From positions 105-64,104 of the forward strand of contig JADGDQ010000006.1 in assembly GCA_016744805.1 (NCBI GenBank): a DNA stretch of 64,000 nucleotides, read 5' to 3'. Under the pieces are notes generated by a model that was not told where the DNA came from, did not search any database, and was given only the letters and a program-made list of their open reading frames with translations. This stretch comes from Sulfurovaceae bacterium. Its GTDB lineage: Bacteria; Campylobacterota; Campylobacteria; Campylobacterales; Sulfurovaceae. A program made the translations under genes and the position numbers. This document shows positions 38,299-48,385 of this stretch, piece by piece (the first letter of the stretch is position 1; every line of letters starts with the position of its first letter).

Positions 38299-38834
38299 TA
38301 TTTTGCTTTAATCACACCACAGATAGCAACATCATCTCTATCCATTATTACTGTATTTTCAGGTGCTTGAATATCTCTTACAAGAATATTATCATCTCTG
38401 TCAAGATCACTTACATCAAGATCAAAGTTAAATGGCATATTTTCAATAGCCCCTCTTACTGTTAATCTTTTTTTAGAAATAATAAGTACACCTTTATTTT
38501 TTAAACCTTTTGGTGTTCCATTAGTTTTTACTGGTACAAGATATTTTGTTACTTGCCCAGGTACTGCAACTCTAAGGTCTACATGGATAACATCACCATT
38601 AACTGGGTGTAGTTGATACTCTTGGATTACAACATTTAATTCAGTATCTCCAAGTTTTACAGGGAAAGAAAAAGTCTCTTTGTTTCTTACTGTTCTTGCA
38701 AACTCACCTCGCTTAAATGCTGCACTGATGTTCTCTACACCATTTGCATAAATATTAGCGATTAGATAACCATCTCTTTTCAACTGCTTTGCATTGCGTT
38801 TTCCGATACTCTCTCTAATGATACCTTCTAACAT
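38298..38834 (-). CDS. rplY: 50S ribosomal protein L25 / general stress protein Ctc
   Basis: The sequence resembles L25/Ctc (RESIGKRNAKQLKRDGYLIANIY; HPVNGDVIHVDL), and its position next to pth is conserved. Confidence 0.88.
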   Translation of the reverse strand: MLEGIIRESIGKRNAKQLKRDGYLIANIYANGVENISAAFKRGEFARTVRNKETFSFPVKLGDTELNVVIQEYQLHPVNGDVIHVDLRVAVPGQVTKYLVPVKTNGTPKGLKNKGVLIISKKRLTVRGAIENMPFNFDLDVSDLDRDDNILVRDIQAPENTVIMDRDDVAICGVIKAK

Positions 38835-38896
38835 TTCGATCCTTAAATTATAAAATAGACGCGATTATAGCCAAAAGGTACTAAATATTTTCTAAA

Positions 38897-40060
38897 TTAC
38901 TTCTCTTCCTCTTCCTCTTCCATCTTGAAGTCATAACTATCAGGCTCTTTATCTTCACCATCACCTGTACCATCTGCATACCCTGCTAACTCTAGCTGAA
39001 GCTTGACATCACTTGGGCTTGTGGCATTATCCATCAGTACCTCTTCTCCAATTCTATCTGCAAAATAGAGGTCAAGGAGAGCTTGGTCAAATGTCTGTGT
39101 TCCATAGACCTCTTTCCCCTCTGCTAGGGCATCGGCTATCTCACTATCTCGTGCCTCTGCTACAAGCTGTTCTACCCTAGCAGTTCTCTTATATATCTCA
39201 ATAACAGCAGCCCGTCCACCATCAAGAGTCTTGACAAGCCTTTGTGCTACAATCCCTTCTAGGGTAGCAGAGAGTGCTTTACGGATACGGGGTTGTTCGA
39301 GCGGTGGGAATGTTCCCATCATTCTATCAATAGTATCTTTTGCATTAATGGAGTGAAGTGTAGAAAATACCAAGTGACCTGTACTTGCAGCATGGAGTCC
39401 TATTTCAATAGTCTCCAAGTCCCGCATCTCCCCTACAAGTATAATATCAGGGTCTTCTCTTAATGCCCCTTTGAGAGCCATCGCAAAAGAGATAGCATCT
39501 TGTCCTACACCTCGCTGATTAACAAGACATTTTTTATCTGGATGAATAAACTCAATAGGATCTTCAACCGTAATCAAATGCTCCTCTTTTGTCTCATTAA
39601 TCTCGTTAAGTATCGCTGCTAGAGTTGTTGATTTACCACTTCCTGTGACACCTGTTACAAGTACAAGCCCTCTTTTCATCTTTGTAAACTCATACAAAAC
39701 AGGTGGGAGATTGAGTTGGCTCATACTAGGAATATCAAGAGGAATAATCCTAAAGACTCCACTCAAACCATCAAGTTGATAGAACATATTAACACGGTAT
39801 CTTGCCTCATTTTCTATAACAAAAGTGAAGTCTAGGTTCATCTCCTCTTTTAGTAGCTCGTACTGTGCTTTCGTGGTAATCTCTCTAGCTAGTTGATCCA
39901 TCTCATCTTTACTAAAACCAGACTTACCAAACTTAATCAAAGAACCCTTCACACGACCACGAGCAATAGCTGTAGCCTTAATATGCAAGTCACTTCCATC
40001 AACTTTTCTCATATAACGCAAATATTTAATAAGCTTTGCTTCCATTGCCCCTATAGCCAT
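38897..40060 (-). CDS. pilT: PilT-family type IV pilus retraction ATPase
   Basis: Motifs are Walker A GVTGSGKSTT, the Asp box ITVEDPIEF, Walker B ILVGEMRD and the His box LVFSTLHS. The C-terminal tail is acidic and ends in EEEEEEK. Confidence 0.85.
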   Translation of the reverse strand: MAIGAMEAKLIKYLRYMRKVDGSDLHIKATAIARGRVKGSLIKFGKSGFSKDEMDQLAREITTKAQYELLKEEMNLDFTFVIENEARYRVNMFYQLDGLSGVFRIIPLDIPSMSQLNLPPVLYEFTKMKRGLVLVTGVTGSGKSTTLAAILNEINETKEEHLITVEDPIEFIHPDKKCLVNQRGVGQDAISFAMALKGALREDPDIILVGEMRDLETIEIGLHAASTGHLVFSTLHSINAKDTIDRMMGTFPPLEQPRIRKALSATLEGIVAQRLVKTLDGGRAAVIEIYKRTARVEQLVAEARDSEIADALAEGKEVYGTQTFDQALLDLYFADRIGEEVLMDNATSPSDVKLQLELAGYADGTGDGEDKEPDSYDFKMEEEEEEK

Positions 40061-40095
40061 ACTACTCTCCTCATAATTAATAGTGTATCATTGTA

Positions 40096-41910
40096 CTACT
40101 TTTTATTTGAAATAGAGACTCTCTGCTGTGCAATAGCTACTATCTCTTCATCTTGTCCCATATCTAGCCATCTAAACTTTGTTCCACTCTGGACTGTACC
40201 ATCTAATATATCACCACCATCACGAAACTTCAAATCCAAAGAGGCGATATCAAATCCATTTGTAGTATGAGTAAAAGCATTCAATCTACTACTCTTAGGA
40301 GTATGGGTAAAGAGATAGCACCAACTCTCTAGCCCCAAGCGTCCCACACGCCCTCTAAGCTGATGGAGCGTTGCTAAACCTAACCGCTCTGCCCCTACGA
40401 TAACAATAAGCGTTAAACGAGGCAGAGAGATACCCACCTCTACAACCGTTGTTGCTAACAAAAGATCCCCGCTCTTCCTAAACTCCATAAGAACTCTCTC
40501 TTTGTTTTTATCTTTTCCATGGGTTACAAAGGTGTTCTCAAACCTCTCTTCCCAAAACTCTCTACTTTGGCTTAGAGATTGGTACTCTATACTCTCACTC
40601 TCTTCTACTAAGGGATAGACTATAAGTACTTGGTGCTTCTTGGCAATCTCCTCTTTGATATGCCCTAGTAGCTGAGAAAAATCTCTTTTATCTACTACTT
40701 TGGTGGTGATTTTTTTCTCAAAAGGTGTTTGGGTGATAAGGCTTATATCCACTAAAGCACTATTCATCATAGCCTGAGTACGAGGAATTGGTGTAGCAGA
40801 AAATTGGATAAAGTGAGCATGTCTCTTCCCATCACCTCTTGCAATACTCTCTAATAAAGCTCTCTGTTTAGTGCCAAAACGGTGCTGTTCATCTACCATT
40901 ACAAGGGGAGCAGTTGGAAGGTTCTCTTTGTAGAGCAGTGCATGTGTCCCAATAATAAAATTTGCATTTAGATAATCACCCTCTTCTTTGTTTTGCATTA
41001 CAAGAGCAATATCTACAAAAGATGGCAAATATTTACAAGCCTCCTCATAGAGTTGCAAAGCCAACAGTGAAGTAGGAGCCATCAAAATAGCTTTACTAGG
41101 ATATGCCATCATCATAGATGCCAAAATTACCATGGTTTTTCCTGAACCCACATCACCAACTACCATTCTCTTACTAGCCTTATCTTTTGTAGATAAATCT
41201 CTTCTAATAGCCTCTATCGTACTATTTTGTTCTGGAGTTAATCTAAAGGGCAAGGCATCTATAAATAGTGATATATCTCCTAGCAGAGCTTTTTGTGCAG
41301 GATACTCTACTCTTTTATTTGATAGTTTTTGAAGATGATTGAATGCCTCTACCATCTTAAGTATTTTTATATTTTTATCTAAAAGCACACCATTATCATA
41401 TATCTGCTTTATATCTTTTGGAAAGTGCAAAGCCATCAAACACTCTGACTCTTCTACAGATAATCCAGTATCAATGAGTGCCTGAAGTGACAAATAAGTA
41501 TTTATAAGCTCTTTTGTCTGTTCTTGCTTTAGGGCACTTTTATATTTTGGTACTATACTCCCCACATTTTTGATAACTTTTGGCTGACTTATCTGATAAG
41601 TATCCCTATAAAGCACAAGCTTCCCTCCAATTACAAGCTCATTTCCTAATGCAAAACTCTGATAATGGTAAGGAGTTACACGAAAAAAGATACCTTGAAG
41701 TGTTTGATTAAATTTTGGAAGATAAAACTTAACCATAAGTTTACCATTATAAGAGTTTATAGAGTTAACTTTGGCTTGAAAAATACTGTTTTGACCAATA
41801 GTAAAAGAAGAAGAGAGTTGATTATCTTGATAAGAGCTAGGAATAAGTAAAGCTAAATCTAAAAGGGTAGAGATTTTAATTTTTTGGAAGAGTTGTTTGT
41901 GAGTTTGCAT
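40096..41910 (-). CDS. recG: ATP-dependent DNA helicase RecG
   Basis: There is a wedge/OB N-terminus plus helicase motifs GDVGSGKT, DEQHRFG, SATPIPRT and QLRGRVGR. I chose the ATG at 41910 over the TTG at 41943, but the start is uncertain. Confidence 0.9.
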   Translation of the reverse strand: MQTHKQLFQKIKISTLLDLALLIPSSYQDNQLSSSFTIGQNSIFQAKVNSINSYNGKLMVKFYLPKFNQTLQGIFFRVTPYHYQSFALGNELVIGGKLVLYRDTYQISQPKVIKNVGSIVPKYKSALKQEQTKELINTYLSLQALIDTGLSVEESECLMALHFPKDIKQIYDNGVLLDKNIKILKMVEAFNHLQKLSNKRVEYPAQKALLGDISLFIDALPFRLTPEQNSTIEAIRRDLSTKDKASKRMVVGDVGSGKTMVILASMMMAYPSKAILMAPTSLLALQLYEEACKYLPSFVDIALVMQNKEEGDYLNANFIIGTHALLYKENLPTAPLVMVDEQHRFGTKQRALLESIARGDGKRHAHFIQFSATPIPRTQAMMNSALVDISLITQTPFEKKITTKVVDKRDFSQLLGHIKEEIAKKHQVLIVYPLVEESESIEYQSLSQSREFWEERFENTFVTHGKDKNKERVLMEFRKSGDLLLATTVVEVGISLPRLTLIVIVGAERLGLATLHQLRGRVGRLGLESWCYLFTHTPKSSRLNAFTHTTNGFDIASLDLKFRDGGDILDGTVQSGTKFRWLDMGQDEEIVAIAQQRVSISNKK

Positions 41911-41964
41911 AAAAAAGGTCAAGAGGTAAAACCCCTTGACCAAAGTAAACTTTAAGAGAGATTC

Positions 41965-42453
41965 TTAAAGAGTAGTTTCTTTATCGACACCATCTACACC
42001 AAGAACACTTCCAGAGAGTTTATATACAACTTGTTCTCCTACAGTACCAGCTGGTTTCTTTTTAGCTGCTTTAGCTACTATTTTAAGAACATTAGCTACA
42101 ACTGTAACCTGAACTACATCTTCACCACCACAAACATAAGTCATATCTGTTGGCTTAGCACCAGTTTTAAGACCTTTATCTGTACTAATACCAATATTAG
42201 TTACATCAGCAAGAACAAGCTTAGCACCTGTTTTATCATAATTAGTAGTACCAGCAAATACAGAACTACCCACAGATGTATACATTTGACTAATCTCTCC
42301 AACTAGTTGACCAACTTCGTGTACACATGTTGTAGCTTGTGCATTATCTCTTGTAGCTGCTAGCTTTGGGATGGCAACGGCTGCCAAAATACCGATAATA
42401 ACGATAACAAAAATCAATTCGATCATAGTAAATCCGCGTCTCATGTTATTCAT
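41965..42453 (-). CDS. Type IV pilin / pseudopilin with a prepilin N-methylation motif
   Basis: RRGFTMIELIFVIVIIGILAAVAIPK is the class III signal peptide with G/F cleavage and Glu+5. AGGAG lies 6 nt upstream of the ATG. Confidence 0.85.
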   Translation of the reverse strand: MNNMRRGFTMIELIFVIVIIGILAAVAIPKLAATRDNAQATTCVHEVGQLVGEISQMYTSVGSSVFAGTTNYDKTGAKLVLADVTNIGISTDKGLKTGAKPTDMTYVCGGEDVVQVTVVANVLKIVAKAAKKKPAGTVGEQVVYKLSGSVLGVDGVDKETTL

Positions 42454-42573
42454 GATAAACTCCTAGTAAATATTTTAGTACCAATTCAATAATTGGTCTA
42501 TACAAATGATACTCCCATAAAGCTTAATATAATATTAAACAAACTCTAAAATAGAGGAAATATCATCAAAAAG

Positions 42574-42795
42574 TTACAATCCATCCAAAGTGTCTACTAA
42601 TAGCTCTATTTCATCCTCATAATTACTATTTTTATGGGCTAATTTGAGGTAAGCTTTAAGCAAAAGTGCTGGAGTATTATCTGTTTCTTGAGAAATTCCT
42701 GCACTTTTCATATCATTTATAACAAAATCAGCAAACTCATCTTCTAAATTTACCTCATATCGTTTCCCTGAAATACTTAAAGATATTTTTTTCAT
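42574..42795 (-). CDS. Hypothetical small protein (possibly ZapA-like)
   Basis: The protein is 73 aa. ISLSISGKRYEVNLEDE loosely resembles the ZapA N-terminal strand pattern. It is coupled by a 4-nt overlap to the upstream coiled-coil gene. Confidence 0.4.
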   Translation of the reverse strand: MKKISLSISGKRYEVNLEDEFADFVINDMKSAGISQETDNTPALLLKAYLKLAHKNSNYEDEIELLVDTLDGL

Positions 42796-43010
42796 GCTAA
42801 GAGAGCTTCAACTTTAGTAATAATCTCTTCTATCTCGTGATCTTTCTCTTCAAGTTCATAACGCAAAAGATCAATTGTACTTTGTTGTTCTGCATAAGCA
42901 TTTTCTTTCTCTTCTAATTGACCTTTTAAATCTCTACTCTCTTGTTTGATTCCTTCGTAACTATTTTTAAGCTCTTCTATCTTGCCTTGTAGTCTCTCTA
43001 GTGCATTCAT
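42792..43010 (-). CDS. Small coiled-coil protein (ZapB-like character)
   Basis: Heptad-rich sequence runs from MNALERLQGKIEELKNSYEGIK... to ...KVEALLA. The ATG at 43010 has GGAGTG upstream; the track start at 43067 is unlikely. Confidence 0.45.
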   Translation of the reverse strand: MNALERLQGKIEELKNSYEGIKQESRDLKGQLEEKENAYAEQQSTIDLLRYELEEKDHEIEEIITKVEALLA

Positions 43011-43108
43011 GCTACACTCCTTTTTTGAAATAATAGTGTTATAATAGCGAAACATTATCAAAGCCACAATGAATTTTATCTATTTTATATCCTAAACTAG
43101 GAGCTACT

Positions 43109-45082
43109 ATGCCAATTTTTAATTTAGTAAGTCCATACCAACCATCAGGAGATCAACCACTCGCTATAGAACACCTTAGTAACTCTATTATGCAAGGCAA
43201 TCAATACCAAACGCTCTTAGGAGTTACAGGGAGTGGAAAGACCTATACTATGGCAAAGGTTATTGAAAAGACCCGTAAGCCTACACTTATTATGACACAT
43301 AACAAAACTCTAGCAGCTCAACTCTATAGTGAGTTTAAGAGCTTTTTTCCTCATAACCATGTAGAATACTTTATCTCCTATTATGATTACTACCAGCCAG
43401 AAGCCTACCTTCCTAGACAAGATCTCTTTATAGAAAAAGATAGCTCAGTCAATCAAGAGTTAGAGAGATTACGCCTAAGTACTACAGCCAATCTTTTGAG
43501 CCACGAAGATGTGATAGTAGTGGCTTCTGTATCAGCTAATTATGGTCTAGGCTCACCAGAGGATTACCGTTCTATTGTACAAAAACTCTCTGTAGGAGAG
43601 GAGTATCGCCAAAAAGAGTTGCTTCTACGGCTTGTAGATATGGGGTACAAGAGAAATGATGACTATTTTGATAGAGGGGATTTTAGAGTAAGTGGAGATG
43701 TGATAGATATTTATCCCGCCTATAGTGCAGAGGAAGCCCTACGGATAGAGTTTTTTGGAGATGAGATAGAAGAGATATATGCTTTTGATTCTCTTACAAA
43801 TGAAAAGGGTGAACAGGAGAAAGAAGTTACTATCTATTCAGCTAATCAATTTATAGTAAGCAAAGAGAAGTTAGCTATAGCCGTTAAGAGTATAGAAGAG
43901 GAGTTAGCCCAGAGACTTGCTTACTATCAAAAAGAAGATCGTATGACAGAATATAATAGAATTAAACAGCGAACAGAGTTTGATTTGGAGATGCTAGAGG
44001 CTACTGGCATGTGCAAAGGCATCGAAAACTACTCGCGTCACCTTACAGGTAAAGCAATAGGAGAAACCCCTTATTCGATGCAAGACTATTTTGCTACGAT
44101 GCATGATGATTATTTGGTTATTGTAGATGAATCCCATGTGAGTTTGCCACAGTTTCGTGGTATGTATGCAGGAGATAGAAGCCGAAAAGAGGTATTAGTA
44201 GACCATGGCTTTCGGTTGCCCTCTGCTTTAGATAATCGTCCTTTGATGTTTGATGAGTATATCTCTAAAGCTCCCCATTTTCTATTTGTCTCAGCCACTC
44301 CTGCACCTTTAGAGCTTGAACTCTCTAGCACCATAGCCCATCAGATTGTCCGCCCTACAGGATTGTTAGATTCACCTATAGAAGTTATAGATAGCTCCTA
44401 TCAAGTCGAAAATCTCTATGATAGAATGAAAAAAGTTATTGCAAGAGAAGAGCGAGTACTTATTACCGTGCTAACCAAAAAAATGGCAGAAGAGTTAACA
44501 ACTTATTATAATGACCTAGGATTACGAGCAAAATATATGCATTCAGACCTTGATGCAATAGAGAGAAATCAGGTTATTCGTAGTTTAAGGTTGGGTGAAT
44601 TTGATATTTTGATAGGGATAAATCTCTTACGAGAGGGGCTTGATTTGCCAGAGGTGAGTCTTGTAGCAATACTTGACGCAGATAAAGAGGGGTTTTTGCG
44701 TAGTGAGACTGCATTAATTCAGACAGCAGGAAGAGCTGCAAGAAATGTAAATGGTCATGCATTAATGTATGCAAAAAGAGTTACAAGGTCTATGAAAGCG
44801 ACTATAGATATTACAACTGCTAGAAGAGAAAAACAGATAGAGTATAATACAAAACATAATATAACCCCCACAACTACTCTGCGTGAACTTGATACAGATT
44901 TAAAAGTAGAAGATGTAGGTCAATTATATAATAAACAAAACTCTCTTGATAAAATGCCAAAAGCAGAGAGGCAAAACCTTGTAAAAGAACTCAAAGCCAA
45001 AATGCTCTTAGCCGCAAAAAGCTTAGAGTTTGAAGAAGCAGCGAGGTTACGAGATGAAATAGCAAAGATAAAAAAGCTATAA
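43109..45082 (+). CDS. uvrB: Excinuclease ABC subunit B
   Basis: Present are GVTGSGKT, the beta-hairpin region [14 protein letters not shown], helicase motif [11 protein letters not shown] and the C-terminal UVR domain. Confidence 0.97.
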   Translation: MPIFNLVSPYQPSGDQPLAIEHLSNSIMQGNQYQTLLGVTGSGKTYTMAKVIEKTRKPTLIMTHNKTLAAQLYSEFKSFFPHNHVEYFISYYDYYQPEAYLPRQDLFIEKDSSVNQELERLRLSTTANLLSHEDVIVVASVSANYGLGSPEDYRSIVQKLSVGEEYRQKELLLRLVDMGYKRNDDYFDRGDFRVSGDVIDIYPAYSAEEALRIEFFGDEIEEIYAFDSLTNEKGEQEKEVTIYSANQFIVSKEKLAIAVKSIEEELAQRLAYYQKEDRMTEYNRIKQRTEFDLEMLEATGMCKGIENYSRHLTGKAIGETPYSMQDYFATMHDDYLVIVDESHVSLPQFRGMYAGDRSRKEVLVDHGFRLPSALDNRPLMFDEYISKAPHFLFVSATPAPLELELSSTIAHQIVRPTGLLDSPIEVIDSSYQVENLYDRMKKVIAREERVLITVLTKKMAEELTTYYNDLGLRAKYMHSDLDAIERNQVIRSLRLGEFDILIGINLLREGLDLPEVSLVAILDADKEGFLRSETALIQTAGRAARNVNGHALMYAKRVTRSMKATIDITTARREKQIEYNTKHNITPTTTLRELDTDLKVEDVGQLYNKQNSLDKMPKAERQNLVKELKAKMLLAAKSLEFEEAARLRDEIAKIKKL

Positions 45083-45107
45083 TATATAAATAACTCAAGG
45101 ATTTTTA

Positions 45108-47195
45108 ATGACTGATTTAAACTCTCCATCTTTATATTTTAATCGTGAACTCTCTTGGCTAGAATTTAATACGCGTGTTTTAGCTCAAGCCAATAACAAG
45201 AGCCTTCCTCCACTAGAAAAATTAAAATTTTTAGCTATTTATGGTACAAATTTGGATGAATTTTATATGATACGAGTTGCAGGACTCAAGGCACTCCTTT
45301 ATGCAGGTATTCAAGAGATAGGAGCAGATAAACTTACACCTAAAGAACAATTAGATGCTATTCATCTTTATTTACATAATGAACAAAGAGTATTAGAAAA
45401 ACACTACCAAGATATTCTTTTAGAATTAGGCTTACATAGCGTTTATATTAAAGCTTTTGATACAATTAAAAAGAAACAAAAAAAAGAGATAGAAAAAATA
45501 TTTTTTGAACAAATTTTTCCTGTTATTATCCCCATAGCTATAGACACAACACACCCTTTTCCTCATCTAAATAATCTTAGTTTTGGTATAGCGATTACTC
45601 TTATAGACAAACAATCAAACCTCAAAAATGGTCTTATCCGTATTCCTCGTATACTCCCAAGGTTTATTCAAGTAGATAGTGTCTTTGTACCTATTGAGAG
45701 TGTTGTAGAAAACTTTATTAGTGATCTTTTCCCTGGATACAAAAGTGTAGCATCAACTGCTTTTCGTGTAACACGGAATGCAGATATTGCAATTACAGAA
45801 CAAGAAGCAGATGATTTTTTGGAAATATTAGAAGAGGGTTTGCGAGCAAGAAATAAAGGTTCTTTAGTCCGTTTGGAATTGATAGAAGGTGCAGATAAAG
45901 ACCTTATAAAATTTTTAACTACTCATCTTAAACTCTACGAAAATGATATATATTTCTATAAAGATACTCCTCTAAATTTGGGAAGTTTTTGGCAAATTAT
46001 AGGTAATAAAAATCTCTCTAATCTTATGCTTCCTGTCTATGCACCCAAAACCCTACCACCACTTAACCAAGATGACATTTGTAAGATAATCGAAAAAGAA
46101 GATATACTTTTATATCACCCTTATGATAGTTTTGACCCTATTCTTAAATTTATTAAACAGGCATCTAGTGATCCTAGTACTTTAGCAATTAGAATGACTC
46201 TCTACCGTGTTGGAGCATCATCACCTATTGTCAAATCTCTTATACGAGCTGTTCAAGATGGCAAACAAGTTACAGTATTAGTCGAACTCAAAGCCCGTTT
46301 TGATGAAGAGAATAATCTCCACTGGGCAAAAGCCTTAGAAGATGCAGGAGCACATGTAGTCTATGGTATTCCAGGTCTCAAAGTCCATGCCAAAATAGCA
46401 CAAGTTATTAAACGAGAAAAAAATAGACTCAAAAGCTATCTACATCTTGCTACAGGTAACTATAACCCTACTACAGCAAAAATTTATACTGATATAAGTT
46501 ATTTTACTACAAAAATAAATCTTAATAATGATGCAACTCGTTTTTTTCATTTTCTTACAGGTTTTTCTACAAAGACTACTCTTGATAGCCTCTATATCTC
46601 TCCAACTCAAATTAAACCTAGACTTATAGAGATGATAAAAAAAGAGAGTAGCTATGCCCACAAAGGTCATATTATACTTAAGTCAAACTCTTTAGTAGAC
46701 CCAGATATTATTAAAGCTCTCTATCAAGCATCACAAAAAGGTACAGTTATAGATCTTATTATTAGAGGAATTTGTGCATTAAGACCACAAGTAAAGGGTG
46801 CTAGTGAGACTATTCGTGTCTATTCTATTATAGGAAAATATCTAGAACATCCACGCATCTATTATTTTAAACATGATAGTGCCAAATGCTATATCTCTAG
46901 TGCTGACCTTATGCCTCGTAATTTAGTGCGTCGTGTAGAGCTTATGACTCCTATTCAAGAGCCAAAACTCTCTTCTAGGATTGAGAAAATTCTCCTTATA
47001 CAACTAAGAGACAATCAACTTAGATGGGAACTAAATGCAAATGGTAAATATCATAAACTCACATCTACAGGTGAAATAATCAATAACCATAATATCTTGG
47101 AAGAGTATACAAACAAAATGTATAATAAAGCAGATAAACCTATACCCAAATATCTTGATAGATTAGCAAATAAAATATTAGAAAAAGGCAAATAA
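45108..47195 (+). CDS. ppk: Polyphosphate kinase 1
   Basis: YFNRELSWLEFNTRVL is present, along with the PLD-like HKD-type catalytic domains (KVHAKIAQV) and the 695-aa length. Confidence 0.95.
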   Translation: MTDLNSPSLYFNRELSWLEFNTRVLAQANNKSLPPLEKLKFLAIYGTNLDEFYMIRVAGLKALLYAGIQEIGADKLTPKEQLDAIHLYLHNEQRVLEKHYQDILLELGLHSVYIKAFDTIKKKQKKEIEKIFFEQIFPVIIPIAIDTTHPFPHLNNLSFGIAITLIDKQSNLKNGLIRIPRILPRFIQVDSVFVPIESVVENFISDLFPGYKSVASTAFRVTRNADIAITEQEADDFLEILEEGLRARNKGSLVRLELIEGADKDLIKFLTTHLKLYENDIYFYKDTPLNLGSFWQIIGNKNLSNLMLPVYAPKTLPPLNQDDICKIIEKEDILLYHPYDSFDPILKFIKQASSDPSTLAIRMTLYRVGASSPIVKSLIRAVQDGKQVTVLVELKARFDEENNLHWAKALEDAGAHVVYGIPGLKVHAKIAQVIKREKNRLKSYLHLATGNYNPTTAKIYTDISYFTTKINLNNDATRFFHFLTGFSTKTTLDSLYISPTQIKPRLIEMIKKESSYAHKGHIILKSNSLVDPDIIKALYQASQKGTVIDLIIRGICALRPQVKGASETIRVYSIIGKYLEHPRIYYFKHDSAKCYISSADLMPRNLVRRVELMTPIQEPKLSSRIEKILLIQLRDNQLRWELNANGKYHKLTSTGEIINNHNILEEYTNKMYNKADKPIPKYLDRLANKILEKGK

Positions 47196-47720
47196 ATGAT
47201 ACTACAATTTAAAGAGTGGAGACCACAACTAGAAAAGAACGCATGGATAGCAGAGGGTGCAAGTGTCATAGGACGCGTAAAGATGGGTGAAGATAGTGCT
47301 GTGTGGTTTGGCTGTGTAGTCAGAGGCGATGTACACCATATTACTATAGGCGATAGAAGCAATATCCAAGACCTCTCTATGATCCATGTAACCCACCACA
47401 AAAGAGATGATATGAGTGATGGAAACCCTACAGTTATAGGCAATGATGTTACGGTAGGTCACCGTGTTATGCTCCATGGCTGTACTATAGAGGATGCCTG
47501 TTTGATTGGAATGAGTGCAACTATACTTGATGGAGCCGTTATTGGCAAAGAGTCTATAGTTGGAGCAGGAAGCCTTGTTACCAAAAACAAAAAATTTCCT
47601 CCACGAAGCCTTATTATGGGAAGTCCTGCTAAAGTGGTAAGGGAATTAAAAGAAGAAGAGATACAAGAACTCTATGCCTCTGCTTCTCGTTATGTAAGCT
47701 TTAAAAATGAGTATCTCTAG
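47196..47720 (+). CDS. Gamma-carbonic-anhydrase-like hexapeptide-repeat protein (YrdA/PaaY family)
   Basis: The sequence shows left-handed beta-helix hexapeptide periodicity and His ligand contexts (GDVHHITIGDRSNIQD; VGHRVMLHG). The start directly abuts the ppk stop. Confidence 0.8.
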   Translation: MILQFKEWRPQLEKNAWIAEGASVIGRVKMGEDSAVWFGCVVRGDVHHITIGDRSNIQDLSMIHVTHHKRDDMSDGNPTVIGNDVTVGHRVMLHGCTIEDACLIGMSATILDGAVIGKESIVGAGSLVTKNKKFPPRSLIMGSPAKVVRELKEEEIQELYASASRYVSFKNEYL

Positions 47721-47722
47721 CC

Positions 47723-48385
47723 ATGCAAAAAGTTCTTAGAAAATCTCTTAATGATATTTTTAGTCCAATGGTACTGGGCTTTGTACTCAAAATAGGATTC
47801 GGTTCTATAGTTCTTTGGGTTGTATTATTAAGTCTCTTTTGGGATAGTTATGCAAAATTTATTCAATCTTTTATAGTAAAAATACCATTTTTAGGCTCTT
47901 GGGAGTGGATACAGTCAGGTGGAACTGCTATTTTTGCACTCCTATTTGGCTATATACTTATTATTATAACTATCTCTTTATTGACCTCTTTATTGAGTGA
48001 ACCCATTTTGATACAACTTGCAAAAAAGCACTACCCCAATGTCCAAACAGTAGGCTCTCCAAATATTTTTACCTCTTTATTTCTTACACTCAAAGCTAGT
48101 GGACTCTTTTTGGTACTTTTTGTCTTCTCTATCCCCCTACTCTTTATTCCTATTATTGGACAAATATGGATGCTATGGCTTTGGTCTCTGCTTATCAAAG
48201 AGCCAACGGGCTATGATGTAGGTTCTCTTTTTATCAATGACCAAGAGAGACTTCAAAATAAACAAAAAAAATCAAATATTATAGCTATTATAGCCTCACT
48301 CTTTAACTATATTCCATTCTTAAATATCTTTGCACCACTCTTTGGTCAAATACTATTTTTGCATCATATCCTTAAAGAGAAATAG
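47723..48385 (+). CDS. Polytopic membrane protein (EI24/CysZ-like character)
   Basis: The protein has 4-6 TM helices. The family assignment is tentative. Its 3' end overlaps the convergent ABC1-kinase gene by 33 nt. Confidence 0.5.
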   Translation: MQKVLRKSLNDIFSPMVLGFVLKIGFGSIVLWVVLLSLFWDSYAKFIQSFIVKIPFLGSWEWIQSGGTAIFALLFGYILIIITISLLTSLLSEPILIQLAKKHYPNVQTVGSPNIFTSLFLTLKASGLFLVLFVFSIPLLFIPIIGQIWMLWLWSLLIKEPTGYDVGSLFINDQERLQNKQKKSNIIAIIASLFNYIPFLNIFAPLFGQILFLHHILKEK

